Program-made: the position numbers and the translations under genes
Notes under the pieces: generated by a model
The model's input: only the letters and a program-made list of their open reading frames with translations
Databases searched by the model: none
Told to the model about the DNA's origin: nothing
Part shown: one piece after another, positions 38,412-47,334 of the stretch
Layout: the number at the start of each line of letters is the position of its first letter
How positions within the stretch are numbered: the stretch's first letter is position 1
DNA from: Thermodesulfobacteriota bacterium
GTDB lineage: Bacteria > Desulfobacterota_D > UBA1144 > Nemesobacterales > UBA2774
DNA: 64,000 bases
Reading direction: 5' to 3'
NCBI GenBank assembly: GCA_965216785.1
Contig: OZ244197.1
Coordinates: forward strand, 1,664,001-1,728,000

Positions 38412-39026
38412 ATGAAAGTCCATATAAAACCTCTTTTAGCCCGCGGCGTCTTAGGTGGTGTCTGGGGCCTGGCGGCGGTTCTCGCCGCGTACATGTTTGA
38501 CGCATGGCTCCCGATGTTCTCACTTCTTTTTTATCCGCTGATATTCGCGGGCGCTGTGCCTCTAGCGATTCTATTCTCCGGGAAGAACGTACCAGTTCAT
38601 CGGGCCGTGTCTGTCGGTTTAATCTCAGGGCTAATTTACCAGCTACTCTCACCCATATTCCCGCTCATAGCCTCAGTACTTGCCGGGGCCTCGCTCGGCG
38701 GGGGGTTAACCTGCAATACCGAAAAACCAGGTGAGCTGCTCGGGCTTTTGTGGAATACCCTTAAAGGCTCGGTAATTTTGCCCTTAGTTATTATTACCGG
38801 CTCGTTTATAGGCGGGTCTCTCTATATCCTCACTGAATCACCATTAGTCCACTGGTTCTTCTGGGGTTTGTGGGCCGTGATCGGCTTTACGTTTATCCCT
38901 TGCAATGGTGTAAGGGACAAAGATAGTTTTTGTGAGCCATTAAGACATAGGGGGATTGATGAATTTAAAGAGGACGCAAGGGATATAGCGAGGGAACTCT
39001 CCAAGCTGAACAATAATCTCAACTAA
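38412..39026 (+). CDS. Hypothetical integral membrane protein (~6 TM)
   Basis: Gly/Leu-rich hydrophobic helices; RBS AGGAG. Confidence 0.7.
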   Translation: MKVHIKPLLARGVLGGVWGLAAVLAAYMFDAWLPMFSLLFYPLIFAGAVPLAILFSGKNVPVHRAVSVGLISGLIYQLLSPIFPLIASVLAGASLGGGLTCNTEKPGELLGLLWNTLKGSVILPLVIITGSFIGGSLYILTESPLVHWFFWGLWAVIGFTFIPCNGVRDKDSFCEPLRHRGIDEFKEDARDIARELSKLNNNLN

Positions 39027-39166
39027 AACAGCGTGTTGAGATTATCCCGAATGCTCTTATTAACTAGCCAATAACTTAAGTGTGTTGGTATACACAATTA
39101 AAGTTTTGCTCAAGGTATTCCATCTCTTACGAAAATGCTGTACAATTAGAGAAAGGAGGATGTAGG

Positions 39167-39859
39167 ATGAATCTCGCAATCAGGTTTTTTCTAGCAATAT
39201 TCGTATTCACAATCTTAGGTATTGTTACCAATATACTTTCGGTCTCGGCCCAGGAAGAGACTATTGATGTAGAAGAAGTGCTCGAGGTTAAAGAGCCCGA
39301 GATTGGGCCCGACCCCCAGCGCCTCTTCTGCGCGAAGGAGTGGACCGACTTGTATAAGAGGCGGAAGGCGGAGATACGAGTTACCACAAGGGGACAGTAT
39401 AACGAGATAGCTGTGTTTGACTGTCCGGACTGCAGCCTTGAAGAGCATTTCGTAGAACCTTTTCTCGAGACCGAGTACAGGGGTAAGACCGGGATGATGC
39501 GTCTTTACGAATGCGGATTCAAGACGGCGGTTTTCGAAGGCTTCCGGGGGACACAGGACATTGAGGTGGAAGTGCCGCAGGTATTCCCCAATCCCGAAAG
39601 GGCCCGGTGCGCGGCAGAGTGGAGCAGTCAGTACGAGAAATATCACTCGCCTGTAAAAGTATCTACCAGGGGGGAGCTGGACGAGATAATTGTGTTTAGC
39701 TGTTATTACTGTACATCTCAGAAAGGCTTCATCGCCCCGTTCCTGCTTCAGACTCATCAGGATAAAACCGCCATGCAGAGGATGCTACGCTGCGGTTATA
39801 CAGAGGTGCTTTTCACGACCCCCGACGGATCTAAGGAAGTCATTAAGAAGGTCCGGTAG
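39167..39859 (+). CDS. Exported protein with two tandem copies of a 4-Cys domain
   Basis: RBS AGGAGG, signal peptide, and an internal duplication P.P.R..CA.EW...V.TRG...EI.VF.C..C.....F..PFL......KT.M.R...CG. Confidence 0.8.
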   Translation: MNLAIRFFLAIFVFTILGIVTNILSVSAQEETIDVEEVLEVKEPEIGPDPQRLFCAKEWTDLYKRRKAEIRVTTRGQYNEIAVFDCPDCSLEEHFVEPFLETEYRGKTGMMRLYECGFKTAVFEGFRGTQDIEVEVPQVFPNPERARCAAEWSSQYEKYHSPVKVSTRGELDEIIVFSCYYCTSQKGFIAPFLLQTHQDKTAMQRMLRCGYTEVLFTTPDGSKEVIKKVR

Positions 39860-39910
39860 AGCGGAGACCCACAGATACGCCGGTGCTTTACTCTTGCCTC
39901 TGTCGTTATA

Positions 39911-39952
39911 TTTTTACCCCGGCATCGCTGTGAAGCACTTGTCTCTGTCCCC
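39911..39952 (+). repeat. Third copy of the GGCATCGCTGTGAAGC-N6-CTCTGTCCCC repeat
   Basis: TTTTTACCCC-GGCATCGCTGTGAAGC-ACTTGT-CTCTGTCCCC. Confidence 0.8.
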
Positions 39953-40045
39953 ATTATTCCTACCTCGTATTGTAATAACTATTAAATCTGGCACAATTCT
40001 TTTCGAGACTAATCTTTTCTAGAAAAAAGGACGGGCTATAAAAGA

Positions 40046-40255
40046 ATGAGCACTGTAGGTACTTTTCCCTTTGGATGGGTCAGGGGTGTGCGAAGCGACA
40101 ACTGGCAGCTGATCTGGGACCCGAAGACTAATACTCTCACAGCTAAAGGCGCTTCCACCAAGGAGGTGCTGGAGCTGGGTCAGTCTTCCAGCTGGAAAGA
40201 TGCCAAGGCGCTTGCTGATGAGATCATAAATGATCCCGCCCCTTACTTTAAATAA
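40046..40255 (+). CDS. Small hypothetical protein
   Basis: 69-aa ORF with globular-looking composition filling an intergenic gap; purine-rich upstream. Confidence 0.6.
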   Translation: MSTVGTFPFGWVRGVRSDNWQLIWDPKTNTLTAKGASTKEVLELGQSSSWKDAKALADEIINDPAPYFK

Positions 40256-40388
40256 TGTGTTATACCTCACGATTATCTCAACTCTGCGGTCATCAACTGA
40301 ACTTTAACAATATATATTGGGTTTTGGATTGCAAAAATTTCATCTCAGGTTAGTTTATTTATTCGATTAATATACTTCAGGCGAGATC

Positions 40389-41297
40389 ATGAAAATGGAC
40401 TATATGGACCAGGAGTTGGTGTCTATACCGTTCGGTAAGAGTAAGATAGACGGTATTTACTACCACAGCAGATTTAAAGAAGGCAATCGGGCCGACGGTA
40501 ACACTATTGTGATCCATGTGCACGGGTTTTTGGGTAATTTCCTGGATGGAAGCCAGCGTTTTCTTCCTCCTATTCTTGCAGAAGGGGGGTATTCCTCTCT
40601 AGCCATCAATACCCGGATGGCTAACTTCGGATTGTTCTTTGGCTACGGTATTTTAAACGATACGATCCCGCAGATAGACAGAGTGGTTGAGTATGCCATG
40701 GAGCTTGGATACAAAAATATCATATTGTCGGGATACAGTCTCGGGACAAGTATCATCTTAAGATACGCGTCCCTGAGGAGCGATCCAAGGAAGACTCATA
40801 ATATAAGCGGCATAATAACGCTTGCAGCTCCTTATTCAATGCCGGACTCGATCCGCAGACGGTGGGATTATTGGGGCAGCGAGCCTTCTTATCAAGAGGT
40901 TTTTGAAGAGGCAAAAGACATCATCAAGCCCGGGCTCGAAGGCACGGGACAAGACCGTACCATACTGATATACAAAGCACGGGGAAACACATACTGTCCG
41001 GAACACACCGAGATATACACATACAGGACATGGTGGCACCTTGCGGGGCCCGAAGCCAAATATGCCATGGCTTACAAAAAAATTCAGAATATAAAAGTCC
41101 CGATTTTGCTTATTCAAGGATGGCATGATCAGGTGGTGAGGCACGAAGAAGCGCAGCAGCTTGCTCAGCTCGCACTAAGCGCCGGGAATAAAGACGTTTC
41201 CGCGTTTTACGTAAACGCTGGTCACTCGTTCGAAGATAAAGAGGAAGAGCTCGGAGATATAATAGTGAGATGGCTGGACCGAAGATTTAAAGACTGA
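40389..41297 (+). CDS. Alpha/beta hydrolase (paralog A)
   Basis: HVHGFLGNF oxyanion region, nucleophile elbow GYSLG, QGWHD acid, AGH base. Confidence 0.88.
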   Translation: MKMDYMDQELVSIPFGKSKIDGIYYHSRFKEGNRADGNTIVIHVHGFLGNFLDGSQRFLPPILAEGGYSSLAINTRMANFGLFFGYGILNDTIPQIDRVVEYAMELGYKNIILSGYSLGTSIILRYASLRSDPRKTHNISGIITLAAPYSMPDSIRRRWDYWGSEPSYQEVFEEAKDIIKPGLEGTGQDRTILIYKARGNTYCPEHTEIYTYRTWWHLAGPEAKYAMAYKKIQNIKVPILLIQGWHDQVVRHEEAQQLAQLALSAGNKDVSAFYVNAGHSFEDKEEELGDIIVRWLDRRFKD

Positions 41298-41310
41298 CGA
41301 CCCTACTCAT

Positions 41311-42204
41311 ATGGTTTCAAGACAGAGAAAGATTTTAAGTTTCCCGGCTAAAGACGGGTTTACGGTAAACGGGATGCTGGTTACCGGGGAATTTAAAAAC
41401 GAGAAGGATTTATATGACTCGCCGATAGTGCTTTTAGTGCATGGTGTCATGGGCAATTTTTTAGCCAGGGGTACCCCGCGGCTGCTCCCAAACGCATTAG
41501 TGGAAAATGGAATTAGCTCATTTTCGATTAATACCAGAATGGCATTTATGGGACAGATATTCGGGGGCGGAATATTTGATGATTCTATTATGGACATCGA
41601 GGCCGCTGTAGACCGTCTGGCAGAGGAAGGGTTTCGGAATATAGTAATACTTGGCTGGAGCCTTGGCGCGAACCAAAGCGTGTACTATGCGGTAAATATC
41701 CACCACCCAAACCTTAAAGGTCTCATACTGGAAGGCTGCTCATACTCGCTGCCGCTATCCAACAAAAAGAGACTCGAGAAGTGGGACAGCATACCTTCCT
41801 ATGACCATATCTACGAAATAGCGAAAAAGGTGCTGGGTAACGACCCTCGCAACTCTAATAACGATAGGGTGTTTATTGTCTATAGAGCATGGGGTCCGAC
41901 GTTTAACCCTTCGGACGTAGAGCTCCACACCTACAAAACATGGTGGTTCATGCGAAGCCCAGAAGCTGAAAACGCAAAGACATTTCAGATTATTTCAGAC
42001 CTCAGTGTCCCTGTTCTCTTTATTCACGGTGAGAACGATTATGCTGTTGACTTGGACGAGCCTAGAGAGCTCAAGCGTATACTGAATGAAGCGGGCAACA
42101 ACGATGTCGAGATAAAATTTATCCCTGACGCCCGCCACGACTGCATGGAAAACCCCGGGGCTACTGTACCTGTGCTCGTAGAGTGGCTCTCGAATATCTC
42201 CTGA
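41311..42204 (+). CDS. Alpha/beta hydrolase (paralog B)
   Basis: LVHGVMGNF, GWSLG, HGEND, DARH; colinear with the upstream paralog. Confidence 0.88.
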   Translation: MVSRQRKILSFPAKDGFTVNGMLVTGEFKNEKDLYDSPIVLLVHGVMGNFLARGTPRLLPNALVENGISSFSINTRMAFMGQIFGGGIFDDSIMDIEAAVDRLAEEGFRNIVILGWSLGANQSVYYAVNIHHPNLKGLILEGCSYSLPLSNKKRLEKWDSIPSYDHIYEIAKKVLGNDPRNSNNDRVFIVYRAWGPTFNPSDVELHTYKTWWFMRSPEAENAKTFQIISDLSVPVLFIHGENDYAVDLDEPRELKRILNEAGNNDVEIKFIPDARHDCMENPGATVPVLVEWLSNIS

Positions 42205-42230
42205 ACGATAATTTCATACAAAGGGGGTGT

Positions 42231-43427
42231 ATGATGCAACGTCAATGCCAGGTGCTTATAGTAGGCGGTGGAATTACGGGTCTTACGACCGCACGCGAGC
42301 TGTTGAAAAGAGGCGCGGACGGTATCTTGATAATAGAAAAAGAGAAGTCGCTCGGCGCTCACGCAAGCGGTCGCAACAGCGGTGTTCTTCATGCAGGCAT
42401 CTACTATTCCCCTGGAACCAATAAAGCCAGGTTCTGCGTCGAGGGAAACGAGCTTATGAAGGATTACTGCCGCCAAAGGGGGCTCAACTTGGAGGAGTCC
42501 GGCAAGGTAATTGTAGCGGGTGACGAGGATAAGCTAGATGGTCTTGACGAGCTTAAGAGGAGAGCGGATTCAGCAGGCGCAGAGTCCCGTATCATTGATG
42601 ACGAAGAGCTCTCGGAAATAGAGCCCTACGCGGCCAGGAGGGGAAAAGCGCTGTATTCTCCCAAAACGGCTGTCATATCACCGCTTGAAATTCTCGAATC
42701 TCTTAAAGATGAGCTCATAGAAAGTGGGAAGGTGGATATTCTGTTTAGTACATCTTTTACCGGATTAAACGGAAACCGCACAGCGGTTACTTCAACGGGT
42801 GAGATAGATTTTGAAACATTCGTAAATGCTGCGGGTTCGTTCGCGGACAAGGTGGCAGGGCATTTCAGTGTCGGTGAGCAATACAAAGTGCTTCCCTTTA
42901 AGGGGACGTATAAAAAGCTGAGTCCCCGGGCATCACATCTGGTACGCTCTAACATCTACCCTGTGCCCGATCTCAGAAACCCTTTTCTGGGAGTTCATTT
43001 CACTCGGGGCGCGGACGGAAGCGTCTATCTCGGCCCTACCGCGATGCCTGCGCTCGGGCGGGAGGAATACGGGTTCTTAGACGACTTGTCAAAAGAGACG
43101 CTTTCGATACTTTTTAGGGACTCAGTACTTTTTTTCACAAACGACGCTTTTAGGACAGCGGCAATTAGCGAGATAAGAAAGTATTCGAGCTCCTATTTAC
43201 ATAAAGAGGCAAGAAAGCTTGTCCCGGAGATAAAGGAAGAAGACCTGATAGATTCACCAAAAGCAGGTATTCGTCCTCAGCTTGTGGATTGGAGCTCCCG
43301 GGAATTGGTTATGGATTTCCTGGTCCTAAAACAAGCCGATTCTATACATATACTAAACGCAATTTCCCCGGCATTTACATGCTCAATGGCGTTTGCGAAA
43401 TATACGGTCGATCAGTTATCAGCTTAA
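42231..43427 (+). CDS. lhgO: L-2-hydroxyglutarate oxidase/dehydrogenase (FAD-dependent)
   Basis: GGGITG, HASGRNSGVLHAGIYYSPG..KA.FC, IYPVPD...PFLGVHFT, GIRPQ, HILNAISPAFT. Confidence 0.88.
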   Translation: MMQRQCQVLIVGGGITGLTTARELLKRGADGILIIEKEKSLGAHASGRNSGVLHAGIYYSPGTNKARFCVEGNELMKDYCRQRGLNLEESGKVIVAGDEDKLDGLDELKRRADSAGAESRIIDDEELSEIEPYAARRGKALYSPKTAVISPLEILESLKDELIESGKVDILFSTSFTGLNGNRTAVTSTGEIDFETFVNAAGSFADKVAGHFSVGEQYKVLPFKGTYKKLSPRASHLVRSNIYPVPDLRNPFLGVHFTRGADGSVYLGPTAMPALGREEYGFLDDLSKETLSILFRDSVLFFTNDAFRTAAISEIRKYSSSYLHKEARKLVPEIKEEDLIDSPKAGIRPQLVDWSSRELVMDFLVLKQADSIHILNAISPAFTCSMAFAKYTVDQLSA

Positions 43428-43539
43428 ATTTGAGGCTCTTACTCCTTGCATATTCGGTGAAGTTTTTACTAAAACTTGCCAAGGGTCTCAAAACCCATAT
43501 AAAATTACAGCCTATCAAATGAATACCCAGAGGAATTAA

Positions 43540-44829
43540 ATGCCTGAACTTAGAATTATCCGCAGCTACGCCGGAGTCCCCGACTCCCATAAAATCGAAT
43601 CGTATATTGAACGGGGTGGGTACCAAGCGCTCCCAAAGGCGCTCAATATGGAGCCGGACGATATTATCGACCTGATCAAAAGAGCAGGGCTCAGGGGAAG
43701 AGGCGGCGCGGGGTTCCCTACGGGAATCAAGTGGGGATTTATTCAGAGGGATTCAAAGAAGCCAATTTACCTTTGCTGTAACGCGGACGAGAGCGAGCCC
43801 GGAAGCTTTAAGGACCGTGAGATAATCGAGCAGGACCCGCACCAAATGTTAGAGGGAATTATTATCGGCTGCTACACGATTAACTCTCACAAATCCTACA
43901 TATATATAAGGGGCGAAATGCCTTACGGCGCGAGTGTTTTAGAGCGCGCTCTACAAGAGGCGTACGAAAACGGCTACCTGGGTAAGAACATCCTTAACTC
44001 CGGCTTTGACCTTGACGTTGTAGTATTCAGGGGCGCGGGCGCATACATATGCGGAGAAGAAACGGGACTGCTAGAGTCGATTGAGGGTAAGAACGGCGAG
44101 CCGAGGCCAAAGCCTCCTTTCCCAGCGCAGATCGGTCTCTTTGGCTGCCCTACCATTGTAAACAATGTTGAGACTCTCGCTTTCGTTCCCCACATTATCA
44201 ACCGCGGGGCTGAGTGGTTCTCAGAGATAGGGACACCAAAGAACACGGGGACAAAGATTTACGGGCTGTGCGGACAGGTAAATAATCCCGGGCTTTACGA
44301 GCTTCCGCTGGGAATTCCGCTTCGGGAGCTGATCGATGAGTACGGGGGCGGGGTGCCGGGAGGCCGGAAAGTAAAAGCTGTTTCTCCGGGGGGCTCTTCA
44401 GCGCCGCTTCTTACAGCGGATGAGCTGGATTTAAAGATGGATTTTGATACTCTCTCGGAGGTGGGGTCTATGTTAGGTACCGCCGGGGTAACGGTGATAG
44501 ACGACGCAACCTGTATGGTGCGTGTAGCCCAGAATCTGGCCCATTTTTACCGCGACGAGTCGTGCGGGCAGTGCGTTCAGTGCAGGGAAGGCACCTGGTG
44601 GCTTGAGAAAATGCTCACCATGATAGAAGAAGGCAGGGGCAGGATGGAGTACATAGATACTCTCCTTGACGCTTGCTCACAGATGAGGGGTACGACGATA
44701 TGCGCCCTCGCTGACGGCTGCGCTATGCCGGTAGAATCTATAGTGAAAAAGTTCCGTCACGAGTTCGAAGAGCATATCAAGCTTGGCAAGTGCCCGTTTG
44801 AGCGTGGGCATTTAGGCGAGTGGTCATAA
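43540..44829 (+). CDS. nuoF: NADH-quinone oxidoreductase subunit F (FMN, 4Fe-4S)
   Basis: GLRGRGGAGFPTG.KW, NADESEPG.FKDR, GAGAYICGEETGLLESIEG, ESCGQCVQCREG, TICALAD. Confidence 0.95.
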   Translation: MPELRIIRSYAGVPDSHKIESYIERGGYQALPKALNMEPDDIIDLIKRAGLRGRGGAGFPTGIKWGFIQRDSKKPIYLCCNADESEPGSFKDREIIEQDPHQMLEGIIIGCYTINSHKSYIYIRGEMPYGASVLERALQEAYENGYLGKNILNSGFDLDVVVFRGAGAYICGEETGLLESIEGKNGEPRPKPPFPAQIGLFGCPTIVNNVETLAFVPHIINRGAEWFSEIGTPKNTGTKIYGLCGQVNNPGLYELPLGIPLRELIDEYGGGVPGGRKVKAVSPGGSSAPLLTADELDLKMDFDTLSEVGSMLGTAGVTVIDDATCMVRVAQNLAHFYRDESCGQCVQCREGTWWLEKMLTMIEEGRGRMEYIDTLLDACSQMRGTTICALADGCAMPVESIVKKFRHEFEEHIKLGKCPFERGHLGEWS

Positions 44830-44928
44830 CTAATAAAACTTCCGTAACCATCCTTTGGTCCGGGTATCTATTGAGTACTCGAATAAGCTTTCAGAATCAG
44901 AATGTGAAAGAAACGTAAAGCGGCCCTA

Positions 44929-45171
44929 TTATTGGACCTTTTCCTTTTCTTCAGAAGAGGAGGGGGGTGTTTCCAGGTCTGTATCCTCAATGTGTTTTTT
45001 CTCGTCTTTTGCGGGAGTTACGTCAATCTCGTCATCCTTCATGGATTTCCTGAACCCTTTGATTCCCTTACCCAGCGATGAGCCCAAATCACCCAATCTG
45101 CTGGGACCGAAAATTAAAAGCAGTATCCCGAGGATTATTAAAAGCTCCCAAATTCCAAGTCCACCGATCAT
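44929..45171 (-). CDS. tatA: Twin-arginine translocase subunit TatA
   Basis: GIWELLIILGILLLIFG.SRL..LG.SLGKGIKGFRK. Confidence 0.93.
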   Translation of the reverse strand: MIGGLGIWELLIILGILLLIFGPSRLGDLGSSLGKGIKGFRKSMKDDEIDVTPAKDEKKHIEDTDLETPPSSSEEKEKVQ

Positions 45172-45376
45172 GTTTACACCTCTGCCTATAAATTACCGTT
45201 ACTACAGTGCAAAGTCAACAAAACCTAGGTGTGTTATGTAGATATATTTTTAGTTAACACTAAGGGTATGGATACTTTGAGAAGAAGATGGGATGGGAGC
45301 ATGGGGATTCTTATCAATTAAATATCTTGCTTGCCAAAGTTCTTACGGTAATATATGCATTAAAGGGATAATTTCT

Positions 45377-45805
45377 ATGATATTAAACAAATCATTGTAC
45401 ATATTGACATCTACCTTATTTCTTTGTCTTGTGTTTACTTTTTCCTGTGACAGTAATAACGCCAACAATGATCTTATATGCAGTGTTCAAGAAATGCAGG
45501 ATAGGTTTGCGGAAACCAACTGCATTGCGGAAGAGTTAGTTATGGGGTGCAGTAATATTAATTGTAGAAATGTTAGTAGACCGGGCATTGGAGAAAAAGA
45601 AATTAGGTTTAGTGGATTCTCGAATCGATGTACGATCCTTGATTGTGAGACTATGGAATGCGAGCTGCTGGTTAGTGGTACGGATTTTGAGCTAGGTTTG
45701 GTTTCTGAATTGGTGATTAGCAAAATAAACGGACTACCAGCGGGAGCGTTTATTATAAACGAAGCAGAAACTCCGTTCGATTGTATCGGTATTGCAGTTA
45801 ATTAA
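45377..45805 (+). CDS. Cys-rich lipoprotein (hypothetical)
   Basis: Lipobox-like FTFSC followed by 8 further Cys; AT-rich codon usage. Confidence 0.7.
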   Translation: MILNKSLYILTSTLFLCLVFTFSCDSNNANNDLICSVQEMQDRFAETNCIAEELVMGCSNINCRNVSRPGIGEKEIRFSGFSNRCTILDCETMECELLVSGTDFELGLVSELVISKINGLPAGAFIINEAETPFDCIGIAVN

Positions 45806-45834
45806 TTGCAATGCCGAAATGTTTATCTACTACA

Positions 45835-47151
45835 CTACTTGTCCAAGCTACGGTTCTTATTCACAACAGGAAGCGCGTCTTCCCCTGTAATTAGCCGTAC
45901 CCCCCTCTTTCTCGTAAAGTAGTTCCAGGCCCATCTGAAAAATACAACTGCCCTGTTTTCAAACTCGATAAGATAGCTGATGTGAATAAGAGCCCAGACG
46001 AGCCAGGCGAAAAACCCGGAGAAATGGAGTCTGCCGAGGTCGGCAACCGCATGGCTTGAGCCTATTACCGCCATGCTGCCCTTGTCTTTGTATTTAAAGG
46101 GGGCTGTCTCTTTTCCTTTTAACCTGTTTTCTATAAGGAGTGCTACGTATCTGCCCTCCTGCATCGCCACCTGTGCCACACCAGGAAGGGGCTCCCCGCC
46201 TTGGTACGAGTAATTGGCCAGGTCTCCGATAACGAATATGTCGGGATGTCCCGGGATGCTTAAATCAGGGTTTACAACAACGCGGCCCAGCCAGTCAAGC
46301 TCAGCGCCTGTACGCTCTTTAATTTTTCCCCCGAGTTTTGACGCTTTGACCCCGGCGGTCCACAGCATGGTCCTCGATTCTATTTTTTCCGTAGCTCCGT
46401 TCATTTCAATCAAGGCGGTATTGTCCTCTATATTCTTTACCATGGTGTTCAGTCTTACTTCGACTCCGAGCTTAGTCAGCTCTTCCTCAGCTTTCTCGGA
46501 CAGATCGGGGGGATATGTGCGGAGCACCCGGTCGTCGGCCTCGACCAGGATTATTCTGGCCCGGGCGGTATCTATATTCCTGAAATCGGATTTAAGTGTA
46601 GTACGGGAAAGCTCGGCTATGGTTCCGGCAAGCTCGACACCGGTCGGGCCCGCGCCGATAATGAGAAACGTCATCCAAGCCCGCTGCTCATCCGGGTCGC
46701 TCACGCGCTCTGCAGCCTCAAACGAGAGCAGTATCTTTTTCCTTATGGTCAGTGCGTCCTCGATGGTCTTGAGGCCGGGGGCTGTTTTCGACCATTCTTC
46801 ATGACCGAAATAGTGGTGGTTTGAGCCCGTGGCCACAATAAGTGTGTCGTAGCGCAGCTCACCATCGCTGAATAGTACCCTTTTCCCTTCGGGATCAATG
46901 TCACTCACACGGGCGTTTTGTACATATACGTTTTTGTAGCGGCTAAACACCACTCTGAGAGGAGATGCTATCTCTCCCGGAGACAGCCATCCAGCCGCGA
47001 CCTGATACAAAAGAGGCTGGAAAAGATGGAAGTTTCGTTTGTCTATAATCGTAATTTTTACAGATGCCCGGGACAGCATTTTGGCTGCGTATAAACCCCC
47101 GAAGCCCCCGCCGATTATGACAACATGCTTTTTATATTTGCCGTTTTCCAT
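45835..47151 (-). CDS. ndh: Type II NADH dehydrogenase (NDH-2)
   Basis: GGGFGG, FQPLLYQVA, GAGPTGVELAG, IGDLA, PGVAQVAMQ.G, YKDKGSMAVIG. Start placed at MENGKY. Confidence 0.92.
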   Translation of the reverse strand: MENGKYKKHVVIIGGGFGGLYAAKMLSRASVKITIIDKRNFHLFQPLLYQVAAGWLSPGEIASPLRVVFSRYKNVYVQNARVSDIDPEGKRVLFSDGELRYDTLIVATGSNHHYFGHEEWSKTAPGLKTIEDALTIRKKILLSFEAAERVSDPDEQRAWMTFLIIGAGPTGVELAGTIAELSRTTLKSDFRNIDTARARIILVEADDRVLRTYPPDLSEKAEEELTKLGVEVRLNTMVKNIEDNTALIEMNGATEKIESRTMLWTAGVKASKLGGKIKERTGAELDWLGRVVVNPDLSIPGHPDIFVIGDLANYSYQGGEPLPGVAQVAMQEGRYVALLIENRLKGKETAPFKYKDKGSMAVIGSSHAVADLGRLHFSGFFAWLVWALIHISYLIEFENRAVVFFRWAWNYFTRKRGVRLITGEDALPVVNKNRSLDK

Positions 47152-47334
47152 TTTTACTTTATTTCCGGAGACTGTATTGTTAATATACACGCTGAATTTA
47201 TTTCCGGTATGTATAGGAGTTTTACGGGATAGCTTGTAAAATGGTTATTCTGTAAGATAATTTCTGAGCTATACTAAGTCCGTCTAATTAATTTCACGAA
47301 AATTAATAAGCGCTGATAAGGAGCATTGGTAAAA

